A stretch of DNA of 64,000 nucleotides from Bdellovibrionales bacterium (GCA_965217115.1 OZ244239.1:1696001-1760000), one strand, 5' to 3'. Positions 1-10,834 are shown, counted from the stretch's first letter. Program-made: numbers and translations. Notes: a model not told the origin generated them from the letters alone.

Positions 1-1
1 G

Positions 2-1936
2 GAGACTAACTCATCTGAGAGCTCAATATCTTTATCTTTATTTGAACAGAATAGGGGAAAAATAAGCGAAGAGATAAGAAGTCTTGATGTTGGATTTGGT
101 TTTGATTTTTTTGATATATCTAAAACTGGGTTTGGGGCTTCATTGGGTTATAAGTATGCGGTGAGGCCAACCTATGAGAAAGCGTCTTTTTCCAGGTTTG
201 ACAAATACCCAGGACAAATCCATGTCAATCCGATTCCTTGGATTTGGGATGATTCAAAACTTGGTGTAACAGTTTCTGCAAGCTCAGAGCTTCAATTTGC
301 CAGACAGTTTAAAAGTCAAAAAGAAGCTTTTACAGCAAAGCCTTATTCTCCTTCAAAAGCTCCGACAAACAGTAAAAAGGTGATAGAGAAATTGAATGAA
401 GGAGATTATTCAAGTCTGATTCATCGACTATCTATCTATATTGGAGCAGGTAGTTCTTGGGAGGATGTCATAAAAATATCGGCTTCTGTAGGCTATACGA
501 TATCCGCACAGTATGGGGTACAAGTTTTTAAACTTAAGAATAATCATATTAGATTGAAACTTTTCGCAGAACGCTCAAAGGGACCTGGTTTTCATATTGG
601 GGCGGAGGCGAAGAAAGATGATTTCGATATTTTTGGCACTGACTACATAAACGACGCTATTGAACGTCTTATTAAACTAGAGTTGCTCGATGTGAGTAGC
701 TCATCACGAAAAAGAGACGTTTACCTGGAGGATTTTGTTGTTAACCTAAATGATAAAGACTCTCGTAAGGCATTTGACAAAGTCATGAAGCGAATGATTT
801 CGATCAAAGAGTCTAAATTCAGATTGCTGAATCCTTACCTGACTAACGAGGAAATTATTAAGTATCTACGTGGGCTAACAAGAGGATTGAATGTCATTTT
901 TGAAGAAGATACAGAGCGTCAGCCTCAAGTTAAGAGAGTTGTACGACTTTTTAGTGGTAAAGACATTGTTCCCTTAGCAGTAAGCAGAGGTTTTTCCCTA
1001 GGGAATAGTCTCTTGTCTATTTTTTCAAGAAAACAAGATTTTGAAAATCAGTTAACATATAAAACTAAAGGAAATGAAGCTGAGCGCTATACTTTATCTG
1101 ATTCAGTCTCTAATAGTGGTTTTAGGGCTTTATTTAACTTTTTTGAAGAGACTAAAACTCGCTCAATTAATGTGATTCTTGAAAGAGATGAAGATGAAAA
1201 AATAAAATCTCTCGCTACTATTGGTTTCTCTTTAGAGGTAAAAGATAAAAGAATGAGAGCCAATGAGTTTAAAAGAATGAAGAGTCGAATTTGTAATGGC
1301 TTGGGAGAAGAAATTTGTAGAAAGGTGAATTGGTCTGAATATGAGGGTAAGAGTATTGAGGGCTTTAGAATGCGAGTACAATACCTCTTAGGCTCCGAAG
1401 CGTATGGGGAACTGACTTTATTAAATAAGGATGATTATCGGAGAAGTATTAGAAGAACAATTGAACAATATGGTGAATCGGAGCTTTCGAGTGTTGCACA
1501 TGGGGATTGGGATTGTGTCGTTTACGGTCAAAACGGCGAAATGTGTGAGGCTTTGGCTTTTTATTTAGATGATGTAGAAGAGATTACTGAGAAATTATAT
1601 GAGACATTTCACAGTCAGAATCCTGAGGAGGCCTATAGGGCATTTTCTGATTTACGGTGGAATTCAGTATTTTCAACCCTTGGGGGACCGATTCTGATGA
1701 ATATGCTTTCTCCAAATAGCAGAGGCCAGTTTGTGGCCACTGTTTTTGAAATGTCAGGAGCTAATAAACGGCCTGTCGAGGTCATTCTTGCGGGCGACTT
1801 GACGCCAGAAGAACTTAATAAAAAAAGAAAGCTCTACGATTACACTCGGAGTATTCAGACAACTATTTTTAATAGAGGGTTTGATTTAAGGTTTCAGAAT
1901 GTTAATGAAGAGAACTTGATTCATTTAAACCCTTGA
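2..1936 (+). CDS. Large hypothetical protein, 5'-truncated by the window edge
   Basis: Frame of ORF 143..1936 is open back to position 2; over 600 codons; no recognisable motif. Confidence 0.75.
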   Translation, partial: ETNSSESSISLSLFEQNRGKISEEIRSLDVGFGFDFFDISKTGFGASLGYKYAVRPTYEKASFSRFDKYPGQIHVNPIPWIWDDSKLGVTVSASSELQFARQFKSQKEAFTAKPYSPSKAPTNSKKVIEKLNEGDYSSLIHRLSIYIGAGSSWEDVIKISASVGYTISAQYGVQVFKLKNNHIRLKLFAERSKGPGFHIGAEAKKDDFDIFGTDYINDAIERLIKLELLDVSSSSRKRDVYLEDFVVNLNDKDSRKAFDKVMKRMISIKESKFRLLNPYLTNEEIIKYLRGLTRGLNVIFEEDTERQPQVKRVVRLFSGKDIVPLAVSRGFSLGNSLLSIFSRKQDFENQLTYKTKGNEAERYTLSDSVSNSGFRALFNFFEETKTRSINVILERDEDEKIKSLATIGFSLEVKDKRMRANEFKRMKSRICNGLGEEICRKVNWSEYEGKSIEGFRMRVQYLLGSEAYGELTLLNKDDYRRSIRRTIEQYGESELSSVAHGDWDCVVYGQNGEMCEALAFYLDDVEEITEKLYETFHSQNPEEAYRAFSDLRWNSVFSTLGGPILMNMLSPNSRGQFVATVFEMSGANKRPVEVILAGDLTPEELNKKRKLYDYTRSIQTTIFNRGFDLRFQNVNEENLIHLNP

Positions 1937-2001
1937 AATCTGGTTTCTGATATTAAAAAGAGTGGATATTGACCTGCTGGGGCTAGCCATGTCCATTTTT
2001 T

Positions 2002-2295
2002 ATGTTAAAAATGAACACACAATGGCATATTTACTCAAATAATGATATCGAGGGGAAAGATCTGAAATTTGTTGAATCAGAAGAGTTGAATCCTCCATCT
2101 CCTGATGAACGACTGCTTTTAATTGAAGATGCCTCTTTTAATAAGAAGAGATTTACAATCTTTAATGTGTTTTCGGCTATTATAAATAAACTCCCCTTTT
2201 AATTTGAAAATAGAGAAGTGCTCCTTGATTTATGCAGATGAGCAGAGGGAGTTATTTTTAATACAGACTCTATTCGAATATAATGGAGATGAGTG
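2002..2295 (+). CDS. Small hypothetical protein, possibly frameshifted at ~2200
   Basis: 66-aa ORF ends at CCC TTT TAA; the +1 frame continues LKIEKCSLIYADEQRELFLIQTLFEYNGDE. Confidence 0.35.
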
Positions 2296-2425
2296 AGCTA
2301 ACAGACTAAGGTGAATTTTATGGATAAAAGAGGTGTGGGGCTTATCTTTTTATTGGATTTGAGGTATAATAGAATCCTAGAGTCTGTTTTGATTTTAGTT
2401 TCAGAATTCCATAGGAGGGGCGGTT

Positions 2426-4711
2426 GTGACTTTGAGAATAGTTCTTTTGCTCTCTCTATTTTGTCAAACAGCTTTAGGGGTGCAGAGCACTCCTGTAAAC
2501 CTTCACTCGTCCTATAAGAAACTTGAAAATATGATTGAACAACTCAGAAGAGTCGATCAAAAGACTCGATCAAAATCTGAGAAAGGCCTACTGCAGTTGG
2601 GTATGGGAGTTCGGCATTATGAGTTAGGTAATTATGAGAAAAGTTTGGATTTTTTAGTGAAGTCATTAGATGTTGAATCAGAGTTGAAAAATTATTCTTA
2701 TTATTATCTGGGCTTAACTTATAAAGCTCAAAAAAAACCCAAAGAAGCTAAAAAATATTTTTTAAAAATCACTTATGATGAGATCAACAGACATCTGAAG
2801 TATTTTGTTTTTTTGGAATTGGCTAAAATAGAGATAGCACAGAAGAATTGGAACAAGGCCTATAGGCATTTACGATATTTGGAAAAGAGACTGCGTAGAG
2901 ATAAGAAGCACGCTAAAATACTTGAATTGCTTGCCTATGTTGATAAGAAAAAAAATAGAAGCTGGCGTTCTTGTCGCTGGGCAAGGAGCCTTTACAGGAA
3001 GTATCCAGACTCTCCTTTATCTAAAAAATGGGATAGAGGGTTAGAAAAAGCAAATATCCGTGGGGTTGATTTAAATTGCACGGCAAGATTTTCTGATCAG
3101 AAGAGTAGAATTCAGCGCCTACAACTTATTGGAAAATCGCAGAGAGCGAGACAAGAGGTTGAAAGGATAAGAGACCAGTATGGCAGGGGCTCCTACAAAG
3201 GAGACATCCTTCAGGTTGAGTATTTAAATCAAGAAGGGCACCCGAAAGAAGCATTTGAGCTACTTTTGTCTCATTATGAAGAAAAAAAAGATGACCAAAA
3301 ATATCTTAAGAAGCTTGCTAAAACCTCTTTACGCTTGGGTGATCCTGAATTAGGCATTAGCATTTATTACCAGATCTATAAAAATTTTCCGAAGAAGCGT
3401 AAAGGAAAAGAGGCTCTTTATAAATCTGCTTTTACGAGTTATCAATATGGTGACTACGATGGATCTATAAGAAAGTTTTTAGAATATACGAAACTTTATT
3501 CTCGGTCGGCTTTATTTAATAATCATGCCCGTTGGTATATAGCATGGATGAGTTATCTCAAAGGTCAAAATCAATTATCGTATAAGTTATTATCTCAAAT
3601 TTTAAAGAATAAGAAAAAAAAACCGCGTTACTGGCGAAGTTATTCAAAAGATAAAATCCGTTATTGGCTGGCAATGTCTGCTGACAAAGCGGGAAAATCT
3701 AAAATTGCTAAGGATATTTTTCGAGACCTTGCAGAAAATGGTCTTCTTAGCTATTACGCTGTATTAGCTAAAACTCGATTGGAGAGTTTAGGAGGAGATT
3801 TTAAGAGCAATCTCAAAGATGCTTCTAAAAGCAGGTCGTTGTTTAATGAACCCCCTTGGATTGACCAGCTCGCTTCAAAAGAAATGACAGAATCAAAAAA
3901 GAGGGTTTTGACAAAAGACAAAAGAAGCAGTGGCTTTTTTCGGCGAGCTAGAAGTCTAAAAAAAATAGGTTTGTATAATTGGGCAAAGTGGGAACTTTAT
4001 GAGATTGAGAGGAAAACGAAAGACAAGGCGATTTTGAAAACATTGATGACGGAGTATCATGACATAGGGGCTTTTCATCGTTCTTCTTATATTGGTCAAG
4101 TTTATTTTCAAGATCTTTTTAAGAAAGAAGTCGTCTCTCGTAAAAGTTTACTATGGGATTACACCTATCCTAAAGCATACAATTATGAGGTGGAACGAGC
4201 ATCTGGAGCCCATGGTGTTGATGAAGAGTTTGTGTGGGCAATTATGCGTGCGGAGAGTAAGTATCGTTCTCAGGCCATTTCTCCAGTGGGTGCACGGGGG
4301 TTGATGCAAGTGATGCCATACACGGGGCGGAAGATAGCTAATATATTAGATGTGCCGTTTTCCCCAGAGGATTTATTTCATCCCAAGAAAGGGGTGTATT
4401 TGGGGACAAGTTATTTGAAGAGATTAATGGGGAAGTTTAAAAAAACAGTTCCACTAGCTGCTGCGGCTTATAATGCAGGACCTCACAGAGTTGTGCGCTG
4501 GGCTCACTATTTTGGTAATGGTTTAGAATTGGACGAGTTTGTTGAACATATTCCATTTGTGGAAACACGTAATTATGTAAAGAAAGTCGTTCTTAATTAT
4601 AATATTTATTCTTTTCTAGATAAGTCTAAAAGCATGTTAAAGTTAGCAAAGAGCTTTAATTTACCGCCTGAAACCTATCTTCCTGTTAGGGAAAATTGGG
4701 ATAGGCTTTAG
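2426..4711 (+). CDS. slt: Soluble lytic murein transglycosylase (TPR repeats + SLT domain)
   Basis: Signal peptide, TPR-like helices, SLT motifs AIMRAES, GARGLMQVMP, AYNAGP, ETRNYV; AGGAGG RBS. Confidence 0.9.
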   Translation: MTLRIVLLLSLFCQTALGVQSTPVNLHSSYKKLENMIEQLRRVDQKTRSKSEKGLLQLGMGVRHYELGNYEKSLDFLVKSLDVESELKNYSYYYLGLTYKAQKKPKEAKKYFLKITYDEINRHLKYFVFLELAKIEIAQKNWNKAYRHLRYLEKRLRRDKKHAKILELLAYVDKKKNRSWRSCRWARSLYRKYPDSPLSKKWDRGLEKANIRGVDLNCTARFSDQKSRIQRLQLIGKSQRARQEVERIRDQYGRGSYKGDILQVEYLNQEGHPKEAFELLLSHYEEKKDDQKYLKKLAKTSLRLGDPELGISIYYQIYKNFPKKRKGKEALYKSAFTSYQYGDYDGSIRKFLEYTKLYSRSALFNNHARWYIAWMSYLKGQNQLSYKLLSQILKNKKKKPRYWRSYSKDKIRYWLAMSADKAGKSKIAKDIFRDLAENGLLSYYAVLAKTRLESLGGDFKSNLKDASKSRSLFNEPPWIDQLASKEMTESKKRVLTKDKRSSGFFRRARSLKKIGLYNWAKWELYEIERKTKDKAILKTLMTEYHDIGAFHRSSYIGQVYFQDLFKKEVVSRKSLLWDYTYPKAYNYEVERASGAHGVDEEFVWAIMRAESKYRSQAISPVGARGLMQVMPYTGRKIANILDVPFSPEDLFHPKKGVYLGTSYLKRLMGKFKKTVPLAAAAYNAGPHRVVRWAHYFGNGLELDEFVEHIPFVETRNYVKKVVLNYNIYSFLDKSKSMLKLAKSFNLPPETYLPVRENWDRL

Positions 4712-4732
4712 AAGCACGTTGAGTTGTTACAG

Positions 4733-5827
4733 TTAAACATTAAAACGAAAGAGAATAATATCTCCATCTTTGACAGTGTACTCTTTTCCTTCAGATCGGT
4801 AACGACCAGCCTCTCTAACTGAGGCTTCATTTTTTAATTCAAATAAATCAGAGCAATGGTATGTTTCTGCACGAATAAATCCTTTTTCAAAATCAGAATG
4901 TATGACTCCAGCAGCTTGTGGAGCTTTATCGTTAAATTTTATTGTCCATGCTCGAACTTCCTTCTCTCCTGCAGTGAAGTAGGTTTGTAGGCCCAATAGA
5001 GAGTAAGCAGTTTGAATAAGGCGATGGAGACCAGGCTCTTTAGCTCCAATAGCCTCAAGAAAATCTTTTTGCTCTTCTTCTGGTAATTGAGCAATTTCAG
5101 ATTCTAGGGAGCTGCAAATGGTAATTGTTGAATTGGATTCATTTTTAGCCCTCTCTTGCACGGCTTTGACCCAGTCGTTGTCCCCGGAAGAGAGGCCGTC
5201 TTCACTGACATTACAAGCATAGAGAACAGGCTTGAGAGTTAATAGATTAAGCCCTTTAATAAGAAGGACTTCTTCTTCGGAGAACTCAATTGAGCGCACT
5301 GGCAGGCCATTGTTCAAAGTTTGATTGGTTTTTTTGAGAACTTCAACTTCTGGGAATAATTTTTTATCTGATTTTGAGGCTTTAGAAATTTTTTGTAGCC
5401 GTTTTTCCACAGCATCGAGGTCTGCCAGAAGAAGCTCTGTATTGATAATATCTATGTCTCTCATCGGGTCGATAGAGCCTTCGACATGAATAATGTTGGA
5501 ATCATCAAAACAGCGAATGACATGAATGATCGTATTTGTTTCCCGGATATGTTGTAAAAATTGATTACCGAGTCCTTCCCCTTTGCTTGCACCTTTGACG
5601 AGACCTGCAATATCGACAAATTCAATGACGGCGGGAATGGTTTTCTGTGTTTTAACTAAAGAAGAAATTTGTTCTAATCTAGGGTCAGGAATAGTCACAA
5701 TCCCCACATTGGGGTCGATGGTACAGAAGGGGTAATTAGCTGCCTCGGCTTTGTTTTTTGTTAATGCATTAAATAGAGTGCTTTTTCCCACATTAGGAAG
5801 ACCCACAATTCCACATTTTAGAGACAT
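4733..5827 (-). CDS. ychF: Redox-regulated ribosome-binding ATPase YchF
   Basis: GIVGLPNVGKST, ANYPFCTIDPN, DIAGLVKGASKGEGLGNQFL, C-terminal FRFNV. Confidence 0.98.
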   Translation of the reverse strand: MSLKCGIVGLPNVGKSTLFNALTKNKAEAANYPFCTIDPNVGIVTIPDPRLEQISSLVKTQKTIPAVIEFVDIAGLVKGASKGEGLGNQFLQHIRETNTIIHVIRCFDDSNIIHVEGSIDPMRDIDIINTELLLADLDAVEKRLQKISKASKSDKKLFPEVEVLKKTNQTLNNGLPVRSIEFSEEEVLLIKGLNLLTLKPVLYACNVSEDGLSSGDNDWVKAVQERAKNESNSTITICSSLESEIAQLPEEEQKDFLEAIGAKEPGLHRLIQTAYSLLGLQTYFTAGEKEVRAWTIKFNDKAPQAAGVIHSDFEKGFIRAETYHCSDLFELKNEASVREAGRYRSEGKEYTVKDGDIILFRFNV

Positions 5828-5844
5828 AATGATTTAAACCTTTT

Positions 5845-6417
5845 TTAAGGAGTTTGATTAAAATTATTGGCTGCTTTATCAAAGCCAGAAACAATAAAGC
5901 TGTCAATGGCTTGTATAGCACGATCTAAAAAATCGTCTAAAGAATTCATCTCATCGTCGTTAAATTTTTGCAAAACATAATCAGCGACATCCATTTTAGG
6001 GTGGGGAGGTCTACCAACCCCCAGTTTAAGACGAGCGTACTCGTTATGTCCTAATTGTTGATGAATATGACGAATACCATTATGTCCACCATGTCCACGC
6101 TTACGCTGCAATTTAATATGTGAAAATTCTTGGTCAATATCATCGTGAATAATAAGAATATCTTCGCTAGCGATCTTGTAATAACTCATTAGAGAGACAA
6201 TGGAATCTCCTGAGAGATTCATATAGGTCATCGGCTTAACCAGAAGAATTGTCGTCTCTTTATAGGGAGTTTTACTCACAAGAGCTTTGTGTTGACTTTT
6301 TTCAAAAGAGGAACAGTGTAATTCCTCTAAGAGGTCATCAATAACTGTAAAACCAATATTGTGGCGAGTGAGGTCGTATTTTTTTCCAGGATTTCCTAGG
6401 CCAGCAATTAATTTCAT
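5845..6417 (-). CDS. pth: Peptidyl-tRNA hydrolase
   Basis: MKLIAGLGNPG, TRHNIGF, KPMTYMNLSG, GHGGHNG; start moved to ATG at 6417. Confidence 0.97.
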   Translation of the reverse strand: MKLIAGLGNPGKKYDLTRHNIGFTVIDDLLEELHCSSFEKSQHKALVSKTPYKETTILLVKPMTYMNLSGDSIVSLMSYYKIASEDILIIHDDIDQEFSHIKLQRKRGHGGHNGIRHIHQQLGHNEYARLKLGVGRPPHPKMDVADYVLQKFNDDEMNSLDDFLDRAIQAIDSFIVSGFDKAANNFNQTP

Positions 6418-6430
6418 TGTAAAAGACAAC

Positions 6431-6994
6431 CTATTCTTTATTACCACCGTCAATCGTTGCTGCAACTGTGTTCTCAGAGGTGAGAACAGTAACGCCTTCA
6501 GGGTTTTTAATATCCTTAACTCTCAGGCTATTGCCGATATCCATGTGGGAAGTGTCAACGGTGATGACTTGAGGAAGATCTCGAACCTTTGCTTCAATTT
6601 TAATAGTACGTATGATTGGACGAAACTTACCACCATCGGCAAGGGCTTTGGGTTTTCCTTGAAAACTGACAGAGACATCTCTTTTAACAACCTGGTCTTC
6701 GGTGATTGCGTGAAGGTCAACATGAACGGGCTGAGAATTAAGAGGGTGGGTATCGAAATCACCTCTTAGGCAAAGTTGACCATCAAGATATTTGTCATCA
6801 GATTTTAATTTGAAAATAAGATTTTCATTCTTGCTGTTGAAGTATTTAGTAAAATCACGATTATCGATATAGAGGTTTTTTGATTCTACTTTAGATCCGT
6901 AAACAACTCCAGGGCAAAAACCTTGGCGACGAAGAGCGCGGTTATGTTTTTTTCCAGCTTCTCTACTGGAGACGTTTAATTCAATTTTTTGCAT
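6431..6994 (-). CDS. rplY: 50S ribosomal protein L25/CTC
   Basis: LRRQGFCPGVVYG, HVDL motif; prs-rplY-pth order. Confidence 0.93.
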   Translation of the reverse strand: MQKIELNVSSREAGKKHNRALRRQGFCPGVVYGSKVESKNLYIDNRDFTKYFNSKNENLIFKLKSDDKYLDGQLCLRGDFDTHPLNSQPVHVDLHAITEDQVVKRDVSVSFQGKPKALADGGKFRPIIRTIKIEAKVRDLPQVITVDTSHMDIGNSLRVKDIKNPEGVTVLTSENTVAATIDGGNKE

Positions 6995-7065
6995 AGCTTT
7001 GGTCCTTATTTATATTTTGTTAGTTCATTCTTTTTTAAATCATACTCAGGCAGACTCCCATGACA

Positions 7066-8010
7066 TTAATCAAAGAGAGAGCTTACCGAGTCGTTATTAT
7101 AAATCCTCTTAATAGCCTCAGCAATTAAAGGGGCAAGGCTAACGGTTTTAATCTTTTCACAGGCTTGAGCCGCAGCACTGAGATGTACTGTATCAGTGAC
7201 CCATATTTTTTCAATAGGACTTTCGATCAAGCGAGAGATGGCTGGTCCAGAAAAAACAGGGTGGGTACAAACTGCAAAGATTTGTTTTGCCCCATTTTTG
7301 AGCAAGCTGTCAACTCCTTGTGTGAGAGTTCCAGCTGTATCGACCATATCATCGAGAATAATGGCGATTTTATCGGAGACATCACCAATAACATGGAGGG
7401 CTTCAGCCTTGTTGGGGCCAGATCGACGCTTGTCGATAATGGCAATAGAGCTCTTTATTCGCTTTGCAAAGGCCCTTGCACGCTCAACTCCGCCTGCGTC
7501 GGGGCTGACAGTGACGAATTGCTCACCTTGCCCATAGGCGTCCTTCCAGGCAAGGGCCATGGTGGGAATAGCAAAAAGATGATCCACGGGACAGTTGAAA
7601 AAACCTTGTATCTGAGTCGCGTGTAGATCCACTGAGAGCATGCGTGTGGCTCCTGCCGTTGTGAGAAGGTCAGCCATGCATTTTGCCGAAATAGGGGCAC
7701 GTGGGGCGACTTTGCGATCTTGTCTGGCGTAGCCATAATAGGGAATGACAGCAGTGAGTGATTTTGCAGAGGCTCGGCGTAGGGCATCGAGCATGATAAA
7801 GAGTTCCATGTAGTTATCATTTACAGGAGGACAGGTGCTCTGTATCAGGAAGATGTCCTGTCCGCGAACATTCTCCTGGATCTCTACTTGAATCTCCCCA
7901 TCGGAAAAACGAGTAATTTTGGCCTTTCCGAGAGGAACACCCGCTTTCTCGGCAATTCTTTTAGCAAAATCAGGATTTGAATTACCAGTAAAAATCTTCA
8001 TTCCTTCCAT
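7066..8010 (-). CDS. prs: Ribose-phosphate pyrophosphokinase
   Basis: FSDGE, PYYGYARQDRK, DLHATQIQGFF, VSPDAGG, DDMVDTAGT. Confidence 0.98.
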   Translation of the reverse strand: MEGMKIFTGNSNPDFAKRIAEKAGVPLGKAKITRFSDGEIQVEIQENVRGQDIFLIQSTCPPVNDNYMELFIMLDALRRASAKSLTAVIPYYGYARQDRKVAPRAPISAKCMADLLTTAGATRMLSVDLHATQIQGFFNCPVDHLFAIPTMALAWKDAYGQGEQFVTVSPDAGGVERARAFAKRIKSSIAIIDKRRSGPNKAEALHVIGDVSDKIAIILDDMVDTAGTLTQGVDSLLKNGAKQIFAVCTHPVFSGPAISRLIESPIEKIWVTDTVHLSAAAQACEKIKTVSLAPLIAEAIKRIYNNDSVSSLFD

Positions 8011-8097
8011 GGAAATTGAAGTATCTTGTCTCCTGTGGAAAGTCCAGGCAATTCATAAAATCTTGACAAGAACCTAGGGTCATGTGCACAATTTATT

Positions 8098-8493
8098 ATG
8101 GTTCAAGGTGTATGTTCTGATTGGAAAATTGTCTCATTTGATGATCGCTTTGATTCGACAAATTTTGAGAGGCTTCGGATCAGAATTGAACAGATATTAT
8201 CTTCGGAAGATAATCTCGTAGTTCTAGACTTTAGTCAGCTTAAATATTTGAGTATATCAGCTATCAGGTTTGTTACTTATACAGCTAAATACCTGAAACT
8301 GAAGAAAGGACAATTGGCCTTAGTTGGTCCGTCTGATCGCATCTGCCGCCATATTGAAGTCTATGGCACTATGGAAAATATCAGAGTTTTTAAATCTTGT
8401 CAGGAAATCCTGAAGGCTGGAACCTCAATTTCTGAACCACGCTATACTGAAGTTCTCCCCGAGAGAGTCGACTTCAGTTTAATGAGTAGATAA
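8098..8493 (+). CDS. STAS-domain protein (anti-sigma factor antagonist-like)
   Basis: VVLDFSQLKYLSISAIR matches the STAS core; 131 aa. Confidence 0.8.
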   Translation: MVQGVCSDWKIVSFDDRFDSTNFERLRIRIEQILSSEDNLVVLDFSQLKYLSISAIRFVTYTAKYLKLKKGQLALVGPSDRICRHIEVYGTMENIRVFKSCQEILKAGTSISEPRYTEVLPERVDFSLMSR

Positions 8494-8502
8494 TCTTATT
8501 AT

Positions 8503-9144
8503 TTAAATAAAATTGGTGTGTTCAGGTTTTAAGTGATCTAGAAACTTGCGTGTGGCCTTCGCTCTGTGGGAGATTTTGTTTTTGTAGGCATTCCCTAATT
8601 CAGCAAGGGTTTGGGTTTCGTTATTGGGAATGAAGATGGGGTCATATCCGAAACCTTGATGACCTGTTTGTCTTATTGCGATAGTTCCTTCTAGAACCCC
8701 TGAGAACACGCTCTCTTTACCATCAGGAGAAATAACAACAAGGGATGTTACAAACTGCGCCTTGCGGTTTAAGGGGCTACGTATCTTGAGCATTTGTAGA
8801 ATTTTGGCTGTGTTTTCAACATCTGAAGCATTTTCTCCAGCATAGCGAGCTGAGTAAATTCCCGGCATGCGCTCTAACCCTTCTACTTCGAGACCTGAGT
8901 CTTCTCCTAGAATCCAAACGTTTTCCTTAACGGCGGCGAGTGTTTGGGCTTTGACCCGAGCATTGTCTTCAAATGTGTCTCCTGTTTCGTCTTGAGGAGT
9001 GAAAAAGCTCAACTCTGCTTGGGAGTGGATATCATATTCAAGCTCTGAGAGGATGTTTTTAATTTCTTTAAGTTTACCTTGATTGCCAGTGGCAACCCAG
9101 ATTTCTTGACAGGTTCTTTTGTGAAATGTGGTTGTCATAGACAT
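8503..9144 (-). CDS. rdgB: Non-canonical purine NTP pyrophosphatase (HAM1 family)
   Basis: ATGNQGKLKE, EDSGLEV, PGIYSARYAG, GFGYDPIF, SHR; downstream of rph. Confidence 0.95.
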   Translation of the reverse strand: MSMTTTFHKRTCQEIWVATGNQGKLKEIKNILSELEYDIHSQAELSFFTPQDETGDTFEDNARVKAQTLAAVKENVWILGEDSGLEVEGLERMPGIYSARYAGENASDVENTAKILQMLKIRSPLNRKAQFVTSLVVISPDGKESVFSGVLEGTIAIRQTGHQGFGYDPIFIPNNETQTLAELGNAYKNKISHRAKATRKFLDHLKPEHTNFI

Positions 9145-9165
9145 CCCTACTTTTAGAACAAGATA

Positions 9166-9879
9166 TTAAAGGGCAAGAATTTTATTTTGTTCCTTAAAAA
9201 GTTCCTGACAACCTTTGGTGGCAAGCTCTTGCATAGCAAAAAAAGATTCCTTGGAGAAAGGGGTGTCTTCGGCTGTCCCTTGGATTTCTACAAATTGCCC
9301 ATCGGCAGTCATAACAAAATTCATATCGGTGGAGATGCTGCTATCTTCGTCGTAGTTGAGATCGAGTAAGACCTGTTGGTCTTTTTGTAGGCCGACACTG
9401 ATGCCCGCAATTTGATGCTTTATGGGATCAGAGGAAATCTCTCCTATTAACTGAAGTTTTTTAAGGGCGAGGGCGAGGGCGACAAACCCACCTGTAATAG
9501 CAGCCGTGCGTGTGCCTCCATCGGCTTGGATAACATCACAGTCTACAGTGATCTGTCGTTCACCAAGTTTTTTTAGATCAATGGATGCACGTAGGCTACG
9601 GGCAATGAGACGTGAAATTTCTTGGGTTCGTCCACTGCTGGCGGCTTTATCACGCCGCATGCGAGAGTGTGTGGAGCGAGGTAGCATGCCATATTCTGCT
9701 GAAACCCAGCCTTGCCCTTGGTTTTGCAACCATTTTGGAATATTGCCTTCTTGGCTGGCGGTGCAAATCACTTTGGTTTTGCCAAAAGAAATGAGCACGC
9801 TGCCTTCGGCATAGGCGTTTACATGGGGTTCAATGGTGATAGGTCGTAATTGATCGTTTTGTCTTTTGTCTATTCTCAT
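9166..9879 (-). CDS. rph: Ribonuclease PH
   Basis: AEYGMLPRST, GRTQEISRLI, DCDVIQADGGTRTAAITG, EIQGTAE. Confidence 0.98.
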   Translation of the reverse strand: MRIDKRQNDQLRPITIEPHVNAYAEGSVLISFGKTKVICTASQEGNIPKWLQNQGQGWVSAEYGMLPRSTHSRMRRDKAASSGRTQEISRLIARSLRASIDLKKLGERQITVDCDVIQADGGTRTAAITGGFVALALALKKLQLIGEISSDPIKHQIAGISVGLQKDQQVLLDLNYDEDSSISTDMNFVMTADGQFVEIQGTAEDTPFSKESFFAMQELATKGCQELFKEQNKILAL

Positions 9880-9899
9880 GGGTAATACATTTAAAGGAG

Positions 9900-10694
9900 C
9901 TAAGAGGATTTGTCCAATGTTTCTTTGTATTTTACGAGGCCGTTGTAGATGTTTTCAGCGGCTTTTCTATGAAATTTTTTGGTGTTTAATATCTGAAGCT
10001 CTTTGGGGTTGGAGAGAAAACCGAGTTCAATAAGAACAGATGGCATGGTGACTTCGCTGACGAGATAGAAGGGGGCTTGTCGAAGGGGGCGTGTTCTTTT
10101 GTGAATACGTGCACTCCAGTTTTTTAGGAAGTGCTGACTGATAATGTAGCTTTGTTGTGTATTGTGATTACGATCAAGATCATTGAGAATGTTTTGTAGG
10201 TCATTTTTCTTTGAGAGCCATTGTGTCTGTGTGTTTTTTTGTTCATTATTTAGAGAAGTGCCTAGATAGTGATTTTCTTTGTTAGCAAGAAACATGGCTT
10301 CTTCATCTGGCGGGAGCTGGTTTTTAAAATAGACTTCGACTCCACTGGCTCGGCTGTCTTTAGAGGCATTAACATGAATACTAATAAAGATATGTCCCTC
10401 TTTGTCTTTTGCGATTTGGGCTCGATACTCTAATGTGGTTGTCTTGTCATCTTTTCTTGTGAGGGTGACTTTGAATCGAGGATCTTTGGAGAGGATATCA
10501 GAGAGTCTTTTAGCCACTTTGAGAGATATATCAGACTCATGAATTGACGAACGAACGGCTCCCATATCTGAGCCACCATGCCCAGGGTCAACAATAACGT
10601 GGAGTGGTGTTGGGATAGATTGACTGGCGTGGCCCGTCCAAGAAATTTGAATGACAAGAATGAGGGAGAAGAAAAGTTTTAAAGAAAAACCCAT
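9900..10694 (-). CDS. N-acetylmuramoyl-L-alanine amidase (Amidase_3)
   Basis: Signal peptide, VDPGHGG, FISIHVNA, PSVLIELGFLSN. Confidence 0.93.
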   Translation of the reverse strand: MGFSLKLFFSLILVIQISWTGHASQSIPTPLHVIVDPGHGGSDMGAVRSSIHESDISLKVAKRLSDILSKDPRFKVTLTRKDDKTTTLEYRAQIAKDKEGHIFISIHVNASKDSRASGVEVYFKNQLPPDEEAMFLANKENHYLGTSLNNEQKNTQTQWLSKKNDLQNILNDLDRNHNTQQSYIISQHFLKNWSARIHKRTRPLRQAPFYLVSEVTMPSVLIELGFLSNPKELQILNTKKFHRKAAENIYNGLVKYKETLDKSS

Positions 10695-10770
10695 TTAAAC
10701 ACTCTAACATTCTAAGCCGTGATTTGGGTAGAAGCTAAGAGGGGAGAGGGAAATATCCCTGCTTAAGTCG

Positions 10771-10825
10771 AAAAAAAGCGACCTGGCTAATAGGGGGAGG
10801 GCCAGGCCGCCGAGGGGGGATTGCC
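10771..10825 (-). ncRNA. Putative ~55-nt C-rich small RNA ending in an intrinsic terminator
   Basis: Minus strand GGCAATCCCCCCTCG-GCGGCCTGGC-CCTCCCCCTATTA-GCCAGGTCGC-TTTTTTT directly after a sigma54 motif. Confidence 0.55.
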
Positions 10826-10834
10826 TAATAGTAA

